A stretch of 64,000 nt of DNA from Candidatus Eiseniibacteriota bacterium. GTDB lineage: Bacteria; Eisenbacteria; RBG-16-71-46. The notes under the pieces are model-generated. The model searched no databases, was not told the origin of the DNA, and saw nothing but the letters and a program-made list of their open reading frames with translations. Numbering within the stretch: the first letter of the stretch is position 1; the number at the start of each line of letters is the position of its first letter. The stretch is from the NCBI GenBank assembly GCA_963717935.1, contig CAVQXP010000004.1, positions 1,696,001-1,760,000 of the forward strand, read 5' to 3'. This document shows, in pieces, positions 38,223 to 46,498 of this stretch. A program made the translations under genes and the position numbers.

Positions 38223-38252
38223 TTGACAGGCTTTCGTGGCTTTCCCTACTTT
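38223..38252 (+). promoter_or_regulatory. Candidate sigma70 promoter of the porin gene
   Basis: TTGACA (38223-38228), 18 nt, TACTTT (38247-38252). Confidence 0.65.
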
Positions 38253-38489
38253 CCCCGCGGGCGTGTGCCAGGGGCCTAGGGTGAGAACCCAAGGTCTTGG
38301 CTACTTCTTGGTGAGCTCCACCCGCACGGAGGCGGTGGAGCCTTTGCCTTGCTAGAACAATCGATGAAGAACTCATGAAAGGAGGTGGGGCTCCGAACTA
38401 GACCGCGTGGCAGTGCCCCGGCCATCCAGACCGGTGGTGATTCTGTTTCGTGGATTTCGTGGCTCTCTCGTAGCAAGGAGGCTGTTCCT

Positions 38490-39842
38490 ATGAGTTCTCG
38501 AATGATGAAGTGGTTGCTCCTGGCGTCGGTCCTCTTGATCGCGTTCCCGGTCGTGGCGGGTGCCTCGACCTCCCGCCTGGCGGGGATGGGGACCCAGGGT
38601 GACTACATCAAGGATTACGCGAACATCTTCGGGTATCCGTCGTGCGTGCCCAACGTGGGCAACCTGGTCTACGGCGAGTTCGGCGTGGTCACGGACTACG
38701 ACGAGAACTGGAGTGAGTACTTCATGACCGAGGACCGCGCCGTGGGCGCCGTGCTCGGGAACCTGTTCGATGGCCGGTTCGGCACGTTCGGCATCCACAT
38801 GCGTGAGTATGCCCCGGCGCTGGGCACCGGCTTCCAGCCGTACGTCTCGTATGACGGCTACATCGACGAGTACATCCTCGGGACCGGCTTCGAGACCTTC
38901 GCGCCGTACCTCGACCCCAACGTCCCCGGGAGCACCGGCTACACGCCGTACTGGAACGAATACGGCACCGAGGCCTTCGACCTGATGTGGGGCAAGAAGT
39001 TCAACGCCATGTCGCTGGGGCTGCGGCTGAACCGCTCGGCGTACAAGTACACGCAGACCTCGGGCGGCACTGAATCCACCTATGAGGGCTACGAGCCCTA
39101 CGACCGGAACGTCCTTGGTTTCGGCGCGGGCCTCGGCTACGAGCACAGCCCCACGCTGCAGAGCGAGGTGGGGCTCCTGTACCAGAGCCGCACGTTCAAG
39201 TGGGAGAACACCGACGGCGACGTGTACGAGAACGACGGCGGTGGTGCGTACCTGGTGTCGGCCCGCATGATGTGGCAGTGGCAGCCGAACGTGCTGGTGG
39301 TGCCGGTCGTGCGCCTCTACTCGTTCGACAACTCCTGGCAGGAGACGTACGTGGACCCGGCCGTCGAGGACATCACGTACGAGGCGACGCAGTCGGGCTG
39401 GCAGGCCGGCGTTGCGGGCAACTGGACTCTCAACCAGAAGGATCTGTTCGTGGCGGGCGTGACGTTCGCCTCGAACGTCTGGGACTACAAGACCAGCGAC
39501 TACAAGTACACCGAGAGCCTGATGCCGACGCTGTTTGCCTCGCTCGAGACCAAGGTCAACTCGTGGCTCACGCTGCGCTTCGGTGGCCGCAAGGGCGTGT
39601 TCTACTCGATCAAGTACGAGGACACGGACCCCGCGCTCACGGATCCGGTCGAGAACAAGGAGAGCTCGTCTCCGTTCCAGTTCTTCACCGGCGCCGGCGT
39701 GAAGCTCGGGACGCTGCAGTTCGACGCGACCCTGGCGCAGGACTTCTTCCACAACCCGGCGACCTACGTCACCGGCAGTCCCAACGGCCAGAACTACTAC
39801 TCGTCGTTGTTCCCGAAGGTCACTGCGACCTACACGTTCTGA
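38490..39842 (+). CDS. Probable major outer-membrane beta-barrel protein (porin-like)
   Basis: AAGGAGG RBS; signal peptide; Tyr/Gly/Thr-rich amphipathic strands; C-terminal KVTATYTF beta-signal; strong TAC/TTC/AAC codon bias; own promoter and terminator. Confidence 0.8.
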   Translation: MSSRMMKWLLLASVLLIAFPVVAGASTSRLAGMGTQGDYIKDYANIFGYPSCVPNVGNLVYGEFGVVTDYDENWSEYFMTEDRAVGAVLGNLFDGRFGTFGIHMREYAPALGTGFQPYVSYDGYIDEYILGTGFETFAPYLDPNVPGSTGYTPYWNEYGTEAFDLMWGKKFNAMSLGLRLNRSAYKYTQTSGGTESTYEGYEPYDRNVLGFGAGLGYEHSPTLQSEVGLLYQSRTFKWENTDGDVYENDGGGAYLVSARMMWQWQPNVLVVPVVRLYSFDNSWQETYVDPAVEDITYEATQSGWQAGVAGNWTLNQKDLFVAGVTFASNVWDYKTSDYKYTESLMPTLFASLETKVNSWLTLRFGGRKGVFYSIKYEDTDPALTDPVENKESSSPFQFFTGAGVKLGTLQFDATLAQDFFHNPATYVTGSPNGQNYYSSLFPKVTATYTF

Positions 39843-39862
39843 TCCCGGCCGTAGAAACGAAT

Positions 39863-39900
39863 ACGAGGGGGACGCCTCCGGGCGCCCCCCTCGGTCTTTC
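39863..39900 (+). terminator. Intrinsic terminator of the porin gene
   Basis: CGAGGGGGACGCC-TCCG-GGCGCCCCCCTCG followed by GTCTTTC. Confidence 0.7.
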
Positions 39901-39916
39901 GGGTCCCCCTGCCGCC

Positions 39917-39978
39917 CCGGGACCCGGTGTCGCCCGGGCCCCCGCCGCCGGGACCCGGTGTCGCCCGGGCCCCTGCCG
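39917..39978. repeat. Tandem duplication of a 31-bp unit
   Basis: CCGGGACCCGGTGTCGCCCGGGCCCC(C/T)GCCG twice, with one mismatch. Confidence 0.85.
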
Positions 39979-40135
39979 CCGGCCCGGCCGGCCCGGTTCC
40001 GCCCCCGCTGCCGCTGGCCGCCCCTCTCGAAGTTCTTGCGTTGACATGGCCCGCGTAAGCTTCCCCTTCAGGTAGACAGCCGCTGCTAGACTCTCCCGGG
40101 TCATGAGGTCGGCCCCGTTTTCGGACAGATCTGAA

Positions 40136-40990
40136 CTAGACTGCCGCCCCTCCTGAGGCACGTTCCTGACCCTGTTCGGCGAACTCGCTGGGGGTCAGGT
40201 TCCCGAGCGAGCCATGCGGCCGGCGGTGATTGTAGTCGAGCCGCCAGGCCTCGATTCGGTGCCGCACATCCTCCATCGAAACGAACTCGTTCACGTTCAG
40301 GCATTCGTCCCGCAGCCGCCCGTTGAAGGACTCGATCAGCGCGTTCTCGATTGGCTTACCGGGGCGGATGAAATCCAACTCGATCCCGCGCTGCCAGGCC
40401 CATTGGTCCAGCGCCTTGGAGGTGAACTCGGTGCCGTGATCGACGGTGATCGCCTTGGGCAAGGGACGCCTCCAGGACGCCCGATCCAGCGCTTCCGCGA
40501 CCGCCTTCCCAGTCAGCGAAGAACCCGCCTCCAGCAACACACTCTCACGACTCCATTGATCGATCACCGTCAGCACCCGAAATGGCCGCCCGTCGGCCAG
40601 TTGGTCGTGCACGAAATCCATGCTCCAGTGGACGTTCGCTGCCGTCGGACGAGGCACCGGGCCCCGGTGCAGGCTCATCTGCTTCCGCCGCCGCACCCGC
40701 ATCCGCACCTGCAGCCCTTCGAGGCAGTACAGCCGGTGAATCCGCTTCCGGTTGACCTGCCAGCCCTCCCGACGCAGCAGCGTGTGGATCCGCTCGTAAC
40801 CGAACCGCGGGCGGGCCTGGGCAATCTCCCGGATCCGCAGCCTGAGCCCCGACTGGTCCTGCGCCTGCGACTTGTAGTACCAACTCGCCCGCTGGATCAG
40901 CGCCAGCCGACACGACCGCCGGACGTTCACCTGGAACCGCTCGTGGATCCAGTGCGCCAGCGCCTTGCGTCGCGTCGGCTTCAGGCCTTT
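40136..40990 (-). CDS. IS3 transposase OrfB (DDE integrase core), reached by -1 frameshift
   Basis: RPRFGYERI, WSMDFVHD, VLTVID, ITVDHGTEF, PGKPIENALIESFNGRLRDECLN, YNHRRPHGSLG. Confidence 0.93.
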   Translation of the reverse strand, partial: KGLKPTRRKALAHWIHERFQVNVRRSCRLALIQRASWYYKSQAQDQSGLRLRIREIAQARPRFGYERIHTLLRREGWQVNRKRIHRLYCLEGLQVRMRVRRRKQMSLHRGPVPRPTAANVHWSMDFVHDQLADGRPFRVLTVIDQWSRESVLLEAGSSLTGKAVAEALDRASWRRPLPKAITVDHGTEFTSKALDQWAWQRGIELDFIRPGKPIENALIESFNGRLRDECLNVNEFVSMEDVRHRIEAWRLDYNHRRPHGSLGNLTPSEFAEQGQERASGGAAV

Positions 40991-41247
40991 TTTCGGAGCG
41001 CCTCCTGCAGGATGTGCTTGTCCAGTGTCAGATCCGCCACCACCCGCTTCAGCCGGCCGTTCTCCTCCTCGAGCTGGCGCACCTTGCGCAGCTCACCGAC
41101 CCCCAGGCCTGCGAACTTCTTCTTCCAGACATAGAACGTGGCCTCCGCGATGCCCAGCTGCCGGCAGACGTCCCCCACCGGGGTGCCCGCTTCAGCCTGG
41201 CGCAGCGCGTAGGCCACCTGCTCTTCCGTGTACCGCGACCGCTTCAT
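40981..41247 (-). CDS. IS3 transposase OrfA (HTH)
   Basis: MKRSRYTEEQV...VCRQLGIAEATFYVWKKKFAG...LEEENGRLKRVVADL; ends at the slippery A-AAA-AAG (40993-40987). Confidence 0.93.
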   Translation of the reverse strand: MKRSRYTEEQVAYALRQAEAGTPVGDVCRQLGIAEATFYVWKKKFAGLGVGELRKVRQLEEENGRLKRVVADLTLDKHILQEALRKKA

Positions 41248-41318
41248 CGCTCCCCCTCCGGGTAGGCCTCCGGAGGGCAGCATGCTCTACTTCTGACCTG
41301 CCGCGAAATCCTGGGACG

Positions 41319-41350
41319 ACGGCCCGTGGGGGGGTGCTCCCACGGGCCGT
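41319..41350 (-). terminator. Hairpin downstream of the beta-barrel/lipoprotein operon, overlapping the IS left end
   Basis: ACGGCCCGTGGG...CCCACGGGCCGT 12-bp stem; no U-tract remains. Confidence 0.5.
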
Positions 41351-41381
41351 TCCTTCCGGGGGCGCCGCGTGTGCCCCGGGT

Positions 41382-42128
41382 TCAGCGGGCGTAGAGCGCG
41401 TTGAGCTCTCCCCAGGTCATCTGGAAGGGCAGGGTGGTCGTGGCCGCCGCCGCTGTCTGGGCGCCGGGTAGCGCCACCTGCAGGATCCCCGGGCCGGCCG
41501 GCCGGAGGGCCATGGCGCTGGATCCCTGCAAGGTCTCGTCGTACCACTGTTCGATGTACCAGCGGGCCGAATCGGGCTGGAAGCCCAGTTCCTGGGGGAT
41601 CAGGGCGGAGTCCCCGCGCACCACGAAGAAGCGGGCGTTGCCCACGATGCGGTACTCCGCGCCGACCTCGGTCTTGATGGTGAGGTCTACGCTGGTGACG
41701 ATCTCGTTGTGCCAGCGCGGGTCCTTGCCCGGCCGGCTGTCGGGCAACGCGCGGAGCGTGGGGTCCAGGTTCAGGAAGATGCTGCTGGCGGGCGGCGCCG
41801 AGCCGCCGCCTACGAACAGGTTGCGCGCGATGTTCAGCTCCATCTCGCGGTTCACCGGCTCGTCGCGGAACAGGTTCCCCGCCGAGTCGCCGAGCGCGAA
41901 GATGAAACGGAAGTCATCCGTGAAGATCTCCTTGTAGACGGTGATGTCGCGGTTCCTCCAGCACCATTCGAACAGGCGGATCACGTTCTGCGGGGAGTTG
42001 GGCGTGGGGGGCGGGATGTAGATGCCGGTGGTGGGCGCGATGCGCGGGTCGAACGGGTTGAAGCAGCCGCCCAGGCCCAGCAGCAGCAGCGCGACCGGCC
42101 ACACGCGTACGATGCGGCGAAGCGTCAT
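41382..42128 (-). CDS. Hypothetical lipoprotein with a C-terminal TWG-type tail
   Basis: Lipobox LGG-C followed by FNPFDP; ends MTWGELNALYAR; GGAGGA RBS. Confidence 0.8.
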   Translation of the reverse strand: MTLRRIVRVWPVALLLLGLGGCFNPFDPRIAPTTGIYIPPPTPNSPQNVIRLFEWCWRNRDITVYKEIFTDDFRFIFALGDSAGNLFRDEPVNREMELNIARNLFVGGGSAPPASSIFLNLDPTLRALPDSRPGKDPRWHNEIVTSVDLTIKTEVGAEYRIVGNARFFVVRGDSALIPQELGFQPDSARWYIEQWYDETLQGSSAMALRPAGPGILQVALPGAQTAAAATTTLPFQMTWGELNALYAR

Positions 42129-42132
42129 GGTC

Positions 42133-42816
42133 TCATCCTCCCCCCACCGTTCCGGCGTTGAGCCGGCGGCTGCCGAAGGTCTGCTGATCGGGATCGGCGG
42201 GTTGCGCCCCCACGGCGGGGTCCACGCGATCCTGCCAGCGGTACAGAACCCAGCGGGCGGCCGAGATCCTCGCGAAGTACAGGTCCGCGTAGCCCACCGC
42301 GATGAGCAGCGTGTCGACAGGGGACTGCCGCAGGGCGCGGACCTCGTAGCGCCGGGAGAGGAGCGCGCTGTTTCCATCGGTGGAATAGGAATCGTGGGGG
42401 TGGACCTCGTCAGGCAGCCAGTCCATCTTGTACGGATCCCCGTAGGAGCGGATGAAGGCGGGCAGGAACTGGGCCTCGTAACCAAGGTCCCAGTCTGCGG
42501 GCAGGATGCTGGGGTCGTAGGCATTCCACACCGCCGGGTCGAAGAAGGCGTGGAAGCCGACGCCGTCCATCAGGGTGTCCGCCAGGGCCCCGAGGTAGGC
42601 GTCCTGGCCCGCGTTGTCCTTGAGCTCGACCCCGAGCTGCATGTAGCGCAGGCAGCTCTCGGGCGTGGCGTAACTGGGGAGCAGGGTGGAGCCCGCGCTG
42701 CCGGCTTCGGGGGTGGCGGGCTTGAAGAGGTCGCAGCCCGCGACGAGCACGGCCAGCAGGCCGAGCGCGAGCCCCGCGCGAAGCGGACGGGAAACGCGAC
42801 GGGTCACAGTTCCCAT
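42133..42816 (-). CDS. Hypothetical lipoprotein
   Basis: Lipobox VAG-C followed by DLFKPATPE; overlaps the upstream stop; ends with W..YRWQD. Confidence 0.8.
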   Translation of the reverse strand: MGTVTRRVSRPLRAGLALGLLAVLVAGCDLFKPATPEAGSAGSTLLPSYATPESCLRYMQLGVELKDNAGQDAYLGALADTLMDGVGFHAFFDPAVWNAYDPSILPADWDLGYEAQFLPAFIRSYGDPYKMDWLPDEVHPHDSYSTDGNSALLSRRYEVRALRQSPVDTLLIAVGYADLYFARISAARWVLYRWQDRVDPAVGAQPADPDQQTFGSRRLNAGTVGGG

Positions 42817-44948
42817 GAGAGCTGCAGGCTGCCGTTCCAGAAGTCACTCTCCGTGCGCGGCGGTGACAGGGGGGCCACCCCATTAGTGTAGCTGATGACG
42901 CGATCGGCGCGATAGGTTCGCAGGACGTCGCCGGTGAGGCGTCCCTTGGGCCCTAGGGGCAGGTTCAGGCTGGCGCCACCCGAGAAGTTGAACTGCCGGC
43001 TGACGCGCGTCGGGACCAGGGAGCCGGCCTGAGAGGCGTCGCGCTCACCCGCGATGTAGTCCGGTTGCATGAACAGCGAGAAGGCGGGGTTCGGCGCGTA
43101 CGCCAGGCGGGCGGAAAGCGTGTAGTCGTCGTTCACCTCGGAACGGCTCAGGTAGTAGAGCCCGTCCACGAACTGCGTGTAGGTCCCGCTGGGCCGGTGT
43201 TTGGCGTTGTGGCGGAGGTCGATCGTGAAGCGCGGCGAGAGCACGGCATTCAGGGACGTGGCCGTGCTGTAGTTCAGCGAAAGCCGGTCGCTGGTGGGCA
43301 GGAAATTGTAGTGCATGTAGTCGGCGCTGATCGCGTTGTTCTGGCTGGCCGTCAGCCCCGGCAGCATGCGGAAGCTCCAGCGCCACTCGGCCCGGTAGGC
43401 GGTGGCCTCCGTGTTGGACGCCGTGCTGCCGGTCCGGAGATTCACCAGCACGTTCCGGGTCACGTCCAGGACGACTCCGCTGTTGAAACGCGTCGAGCTG
43501 TTGTACTGGCTCTCGATCCGGTAGTTCTGCCGGTACTGGTCTCGGGGCACGGGCGGGTTCGGATAATTGCCGATGACGAAATAGCGGTAGGAGTAGAGGC
43601 TCACGGCGCCGGTGGCCCGCAGCAGGATCTTCCGGGTGAGATTGCGCGTGAGCGTGGCGTCGATCGTCGCCACCTTGAGGGACTCGCCGTAGCCTCCCGT
43701 GGCCGCGCGGGTCGGATATTCCGAGCGGGTGTTCGCCAGCGAGAAGCGGCTTTCCAGGTTCCAGCCGGCCAGCAGGAAGCGGCCGTCGAGGATGAAGCTG
43801 AGATCCTGCCGGCTGGACGTGGAATTGAGGGTGCCGCCCTGCGCCTGGTCCTGGGAGCCGTAGCGCCCGGTCACGTTCAGGTAGCGGTCGTTGTTCTGAC
43901 GCACGCGCAGGGTGGCGTCGACGTTGCTGTTGAACGTGCGCACCTGCCGGGCCGTGCCCGAGTCCGTGGGGGTCTCGACCCGGATGCGGCGGATGGTGTA
44001 GTTCAGGTTGAGTCCCACCGGCTTCCCGGGCAGGAGCCCGAGGGTGCCGCGCAGGTTGTTGCTCAGGTCGCTCGTGCGCGTGGTGCTCAGGGCTTTGGGG
44101 GTGCGGGTGCGTGACAGGTTGCCGTTCACCTGGCCGGAGAGGTCGTGGGTGACGTAGCGGCTCAGAAATCGCAGGCTTCCGTTCAGGTCCGCCGACGCGC
44201 CCCGCTTGACCTGCTGGAAGTTGGAGAGGTCCAGCAGGCCGGAGAAGAAATTCACCTCCGAGCGCAGCGCGGCTCGCGGCTGCTGGCGCGTGCGGACCGA
44301 GAGTTGGAACTCGTTCTTGCTCTCGCCCTCGTTGCTGATGGACCCGGGGTCGTGGCTGTTGAAGCGGTCGAGGTTGGCCCGCGCGCCGAGCGAGAAGCGC
44401 GGGGAGAACCGCCAGCCGCCCTCGGTCCCCGACGAGCGGGTCTGCCGTAGGCTCGTTTGCGTGCCCGCGGTGTAGCGGTCCATCTGGACGTTGGTCGTGT
44501 TCTGCAGGAAGAGGGAGCCCAGCACGAGCTTGTAGTCCCCACTGTTGCTCCAGGAACTCGAGGTCTGCTGGATGGAGTAGCCGCTGTTGTAGCGGAACGT
44601 GGTGAGCCGGTGGACCGTGCTCGCCAGCGGGTTGAAACGCTCCCGCTCGAGGTACACCCCCACACTGTCCACCGGCATGCGCAGGCTGTCCGCGAGCCAG
44701 ACCAGGCGCTCCAGCGGCCAGCGGTATCGGATCGAGAGCGCCCGCAGCGTGTCGGGTGTGAGGCTCAGGCTGTCGGCCACCGGGAACAGGCGGTCGAAGC
44801 GCAGGCCCAGGGTGTCCCTCAGGAGGGTCGTGTCCGCGAACGCGTAGCGGGAGGACGCCGCCTGCTGGGCATGCCCCGGGATGGCAGCCAGGATCAGCTC
44901 CAGCGCGGCAGGCAGGAGGAGGAGGGCGAGGCGCCGGGACCGCATCAT
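42804..44948 (-). CDS. Large hypothetical outer-membrane beta-barrel protein
   Basis: Signal peptide; long run of Ser/Thr/Asn/Arg/Tyr alternating strands; C-terminal FWNGSLQLSWEL. Confidence 0.75.
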   Translation of the reverse strand: MMRSRRLALLLLPAALELILAAIPGHAQQAASSRYAFADTTLLRDTLGLRFDRLFPVADSLSLTPDTLRALSIRYRWPLERLVWLADSLRMPVDSVGVYLERERFNPLASTVHRLTTFRYNSGYSIQQTSSSWSNSGDYKLVLGSLFLQNTTNVQMDRYTAGTQTSLRQTRSSGTEGGWRFSPRFSLGARANLDRFNSHDPGSISNEGESKNEFQLSVRTRQQPRAALRSEVNFFSGLLDLSNFQQVKRGASADLNGSLRFLSRYVTHDLSGQVNGNLSRTRTPKALSTTRTSDLSNNLRGTLGLLPGKPVGLNLNYTIRRIRVETPTDSGTARQVRTFNSNVDATLRVRQNNDRYLNVTGRYGSQDQAQGGTLNSTSSRQDLSFILDGRFLLAGWNLESRFSLANTRSEYPTRAATGGYGESLKVATIDATLTRNLTRKILLRATGAVSLYSYRYFVIGNYPNPPVPRDQYRQNYRIESQYNSSTRFNSGVVLDVTRNVLVNLRTGSTASNTEATAYRAEWRWSFRMLPGLTASQNNAISADYMHYNFLPTSDRLSLNYSTATSLNAVLSPRFTIDLRHNAKHRPSGTYTQFVDGLYYLSRSEVNDDYTLSARLAYAPNPAFSLFMQPDYIAGERDASQAGSLVPTRVSRQFNFSGGASLNLPLGPKGRLTGDVLRTYRADRVISYTNGVAPLSPPRTESDFWNGSLQLSWEL

Positions 44949-44982
44949 GGAAGCGAGAGGATGAGTTTCATCACGGCGTTCG

Positions 44983-45012
44983 ACAGTAGCATCCACTTGG
45001 AAAGGGGGTCAA
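44983..45012 (-). promoter_or_regulatory. Candidate promoter of the beta-barrel/lipoprotein operon
   Basis: Minus strand TTGACC, 18 nt ending in TGC, TACTGT (extended -10). Confidence 0.6.
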
Positions 45013-45187
45013 CGCAGCACGCTGTCTCGTGTTGCTACCCCGCGACGGCCTCATCCCGCGGGAGAAAAGCGGATGCGAGGGGCGGTGGTGGAGGCGGTTT
45101 CCCTCGCCTGGGCGGACCCTGCCGGCCCGCCGGGCGTGGGTGTGGCGCGGCCCGTGTGGACGGGCCCGAAACCTCCGGACTCTCCGC

Positions 45188-45216
45188 TTGCGGCAGGCCC
45201 GCACGGGTGCTAGCGT
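45188..45216 (+). promoter_or_regulatory. Candidate promoter of the mreB operon
   Basis: TTGCGG, 17 nt ending in TGC, TAGCGT (extended -10). Confidence 0.45.
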
Positions 45217-45336
45217 GCAGCGGCGCATCGTCATGGAAGACAGGGCCTGCCCGCCCGTGGGCCCCGCGGCTTCTCCGACAGCGCCAGTCCCAGATGTGAC
45301 CCCCCGGCTCGACGAGCCGACACCGGAGAGGCAGGG

Positions 45337-46374
45337 ATGTTCCTCAGCAATCTGATGGGCTTCTTCTCCACCGATGCGGCCATGGACCTGGGGACCGCGA
45401 ACACCCTGGTCTTCGTCAAGGGCCGCGGCATCGTGCTCAATGAACCTTCGGTCGTGGCCGTAGAGAAGGCTACCGGCAAGGTCCTGGCGGTGGGCAGCGA
45501 GGCCAAGCTGATGCTCGGCCGCACGCCGGACGAGATCAGCGCCGTGAGGCCCCTCAAGGACGGCGTCATCGCCGACTTCGAGATCACCGAGGACCTGCTG
45601 CGCGAATTCATCCAGCGCGTCCAGAAGCACAAGTTCCTCTACCGCCCGCGCATCATCATCTGCGTGCCCTCGGGCATCACCGAGGTGGAGAAGCGCGCGG
45701 TCATCGACTCGGCCGAGCGCGCCGGCGCGCGCCAGGTGCTGCTGGTGCCCGAGCCCATCGCTGCCGCCATCGGCGTGGGGCTCCCGGTGGACACCCCGAC
45801 CGGCAACATGGTGGTGGACATCGGCGGTGGCACGACCGAGATCGCCGTCATCGCGCTGAACGGCATCGTCACGAAGACGTCGATCCGCGTGGGCGGCGAC
45901 GAGATGGACGATGCCATCGTGAACTACGCCAAGAAGGCGTACAACATGCTCATCGGCGAGCAGACAGCGGAGCGCATCAAGATCGAGATCGGCTCGGCTT
46001 TCCCGCTCACCGAGGAGATGGACATGGAGATCAAGGGGCGCGACCTGGTGCGCGGCATCCCGCGCACGCTGCGGGTTTCCAGCGTCGAGGTCCGCGAGGC
46101 CCTCGAGGAACCGGTCACCGCCATCGTCAACGCCCTGCGGGAGTGCCTCGAGCGCACCCCCCCCGAGCTGGCTGCGGACATCGTGGACCGGGGCATCTAC
46201 CTCAGCGGAGGAGGGGCGCTGCTGCGCGGTCTCGACCTGCTCATGCGCGAGGTCACCAACCTCAACATCCGGGTGGCCCAGGATCCCCTCACCTGCGTGG
46301 TGCTCGGGGCGGGGAAGATCCTCGAGCAGCTCGAGGACTTCGAGAAGGTGATCCTGCGCGGCCACAAGGACTGA
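45337..46374 (+). CDS. mreB: Rod shape-determining protein MreB
   Basis: DLGTANTLV, EPSVVA, RPLKDGVIADF, VPSGITEVEKRAV, VDIGGGTTE, GGGALLRGLD. Confidence 0.98.
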   Translation: MFLSNLMGFFSTDAAMDLGTANTLVFVKGRGIVLNEPSVVAVEKATGKVLAVGSEAKLMLGRTPDEISAVRPLKDGVIADFEITEDLLREFIQRVQKHKFLYRPRIIICVPSGITEVEKRAVIDSAERAGARQVLLVPEPIAAAIGVGLPVDTPTGNMVVDIGGGTTEIAVIALNGIVTKTSIRVGGDEMDDAIVNYAKKAYNMLIGEQTAERIKIEIGSAFPLTEEMDMEIKGRDLVRGIPRTLRVSSVEVREALEEPVTAIVNALRECLERTPPELAADIVDRGIYLSGGGALLRGLDLLMREVTNLNIRVAQDPLTCVVLGAGKILEQLEDFEKVILRGHKD

Positions 46375-46498
46375 AGGGCGGTCGGACGATGCCCGGGACC
46401 GAGGCGGGGTGGCCGCGACGGGCGGGGTGTGGCCCCAGCCGCTCGGCAGCGAGGAGTGGTCGCTCCAACGCCGCAGACGGGCCCGCGCCGGTCGCCTG

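Larger units (their letters stand above)
40104..41324 (-). mobile_element. IS3-family insertion sequence (IS407-like), about 1.22 kb
   Basis: orfA and orfB with a -1 frameshift heptamer; imperfect terminal IRs TGAGGTCGGCCCCGTTTTCGGACAGATCTGAACTAGA (40104) and GGCCGTCGTCCCAGGATTTCGCGGCAGGTCAGAAGTAGA (41324, minus); lower GC than the flanks. Confidence 0.9.

Noticed and set aside
39917..39978. Mini CRISPR array
   Set aside because: Direct tandem copies with no spacer, and no cas genes.
40041..40092. TTGACA promoter facing the IS
   Set aside because: No -10 box at 16-19 nt; TAAGCT and TAGACT are at the wrong distances.
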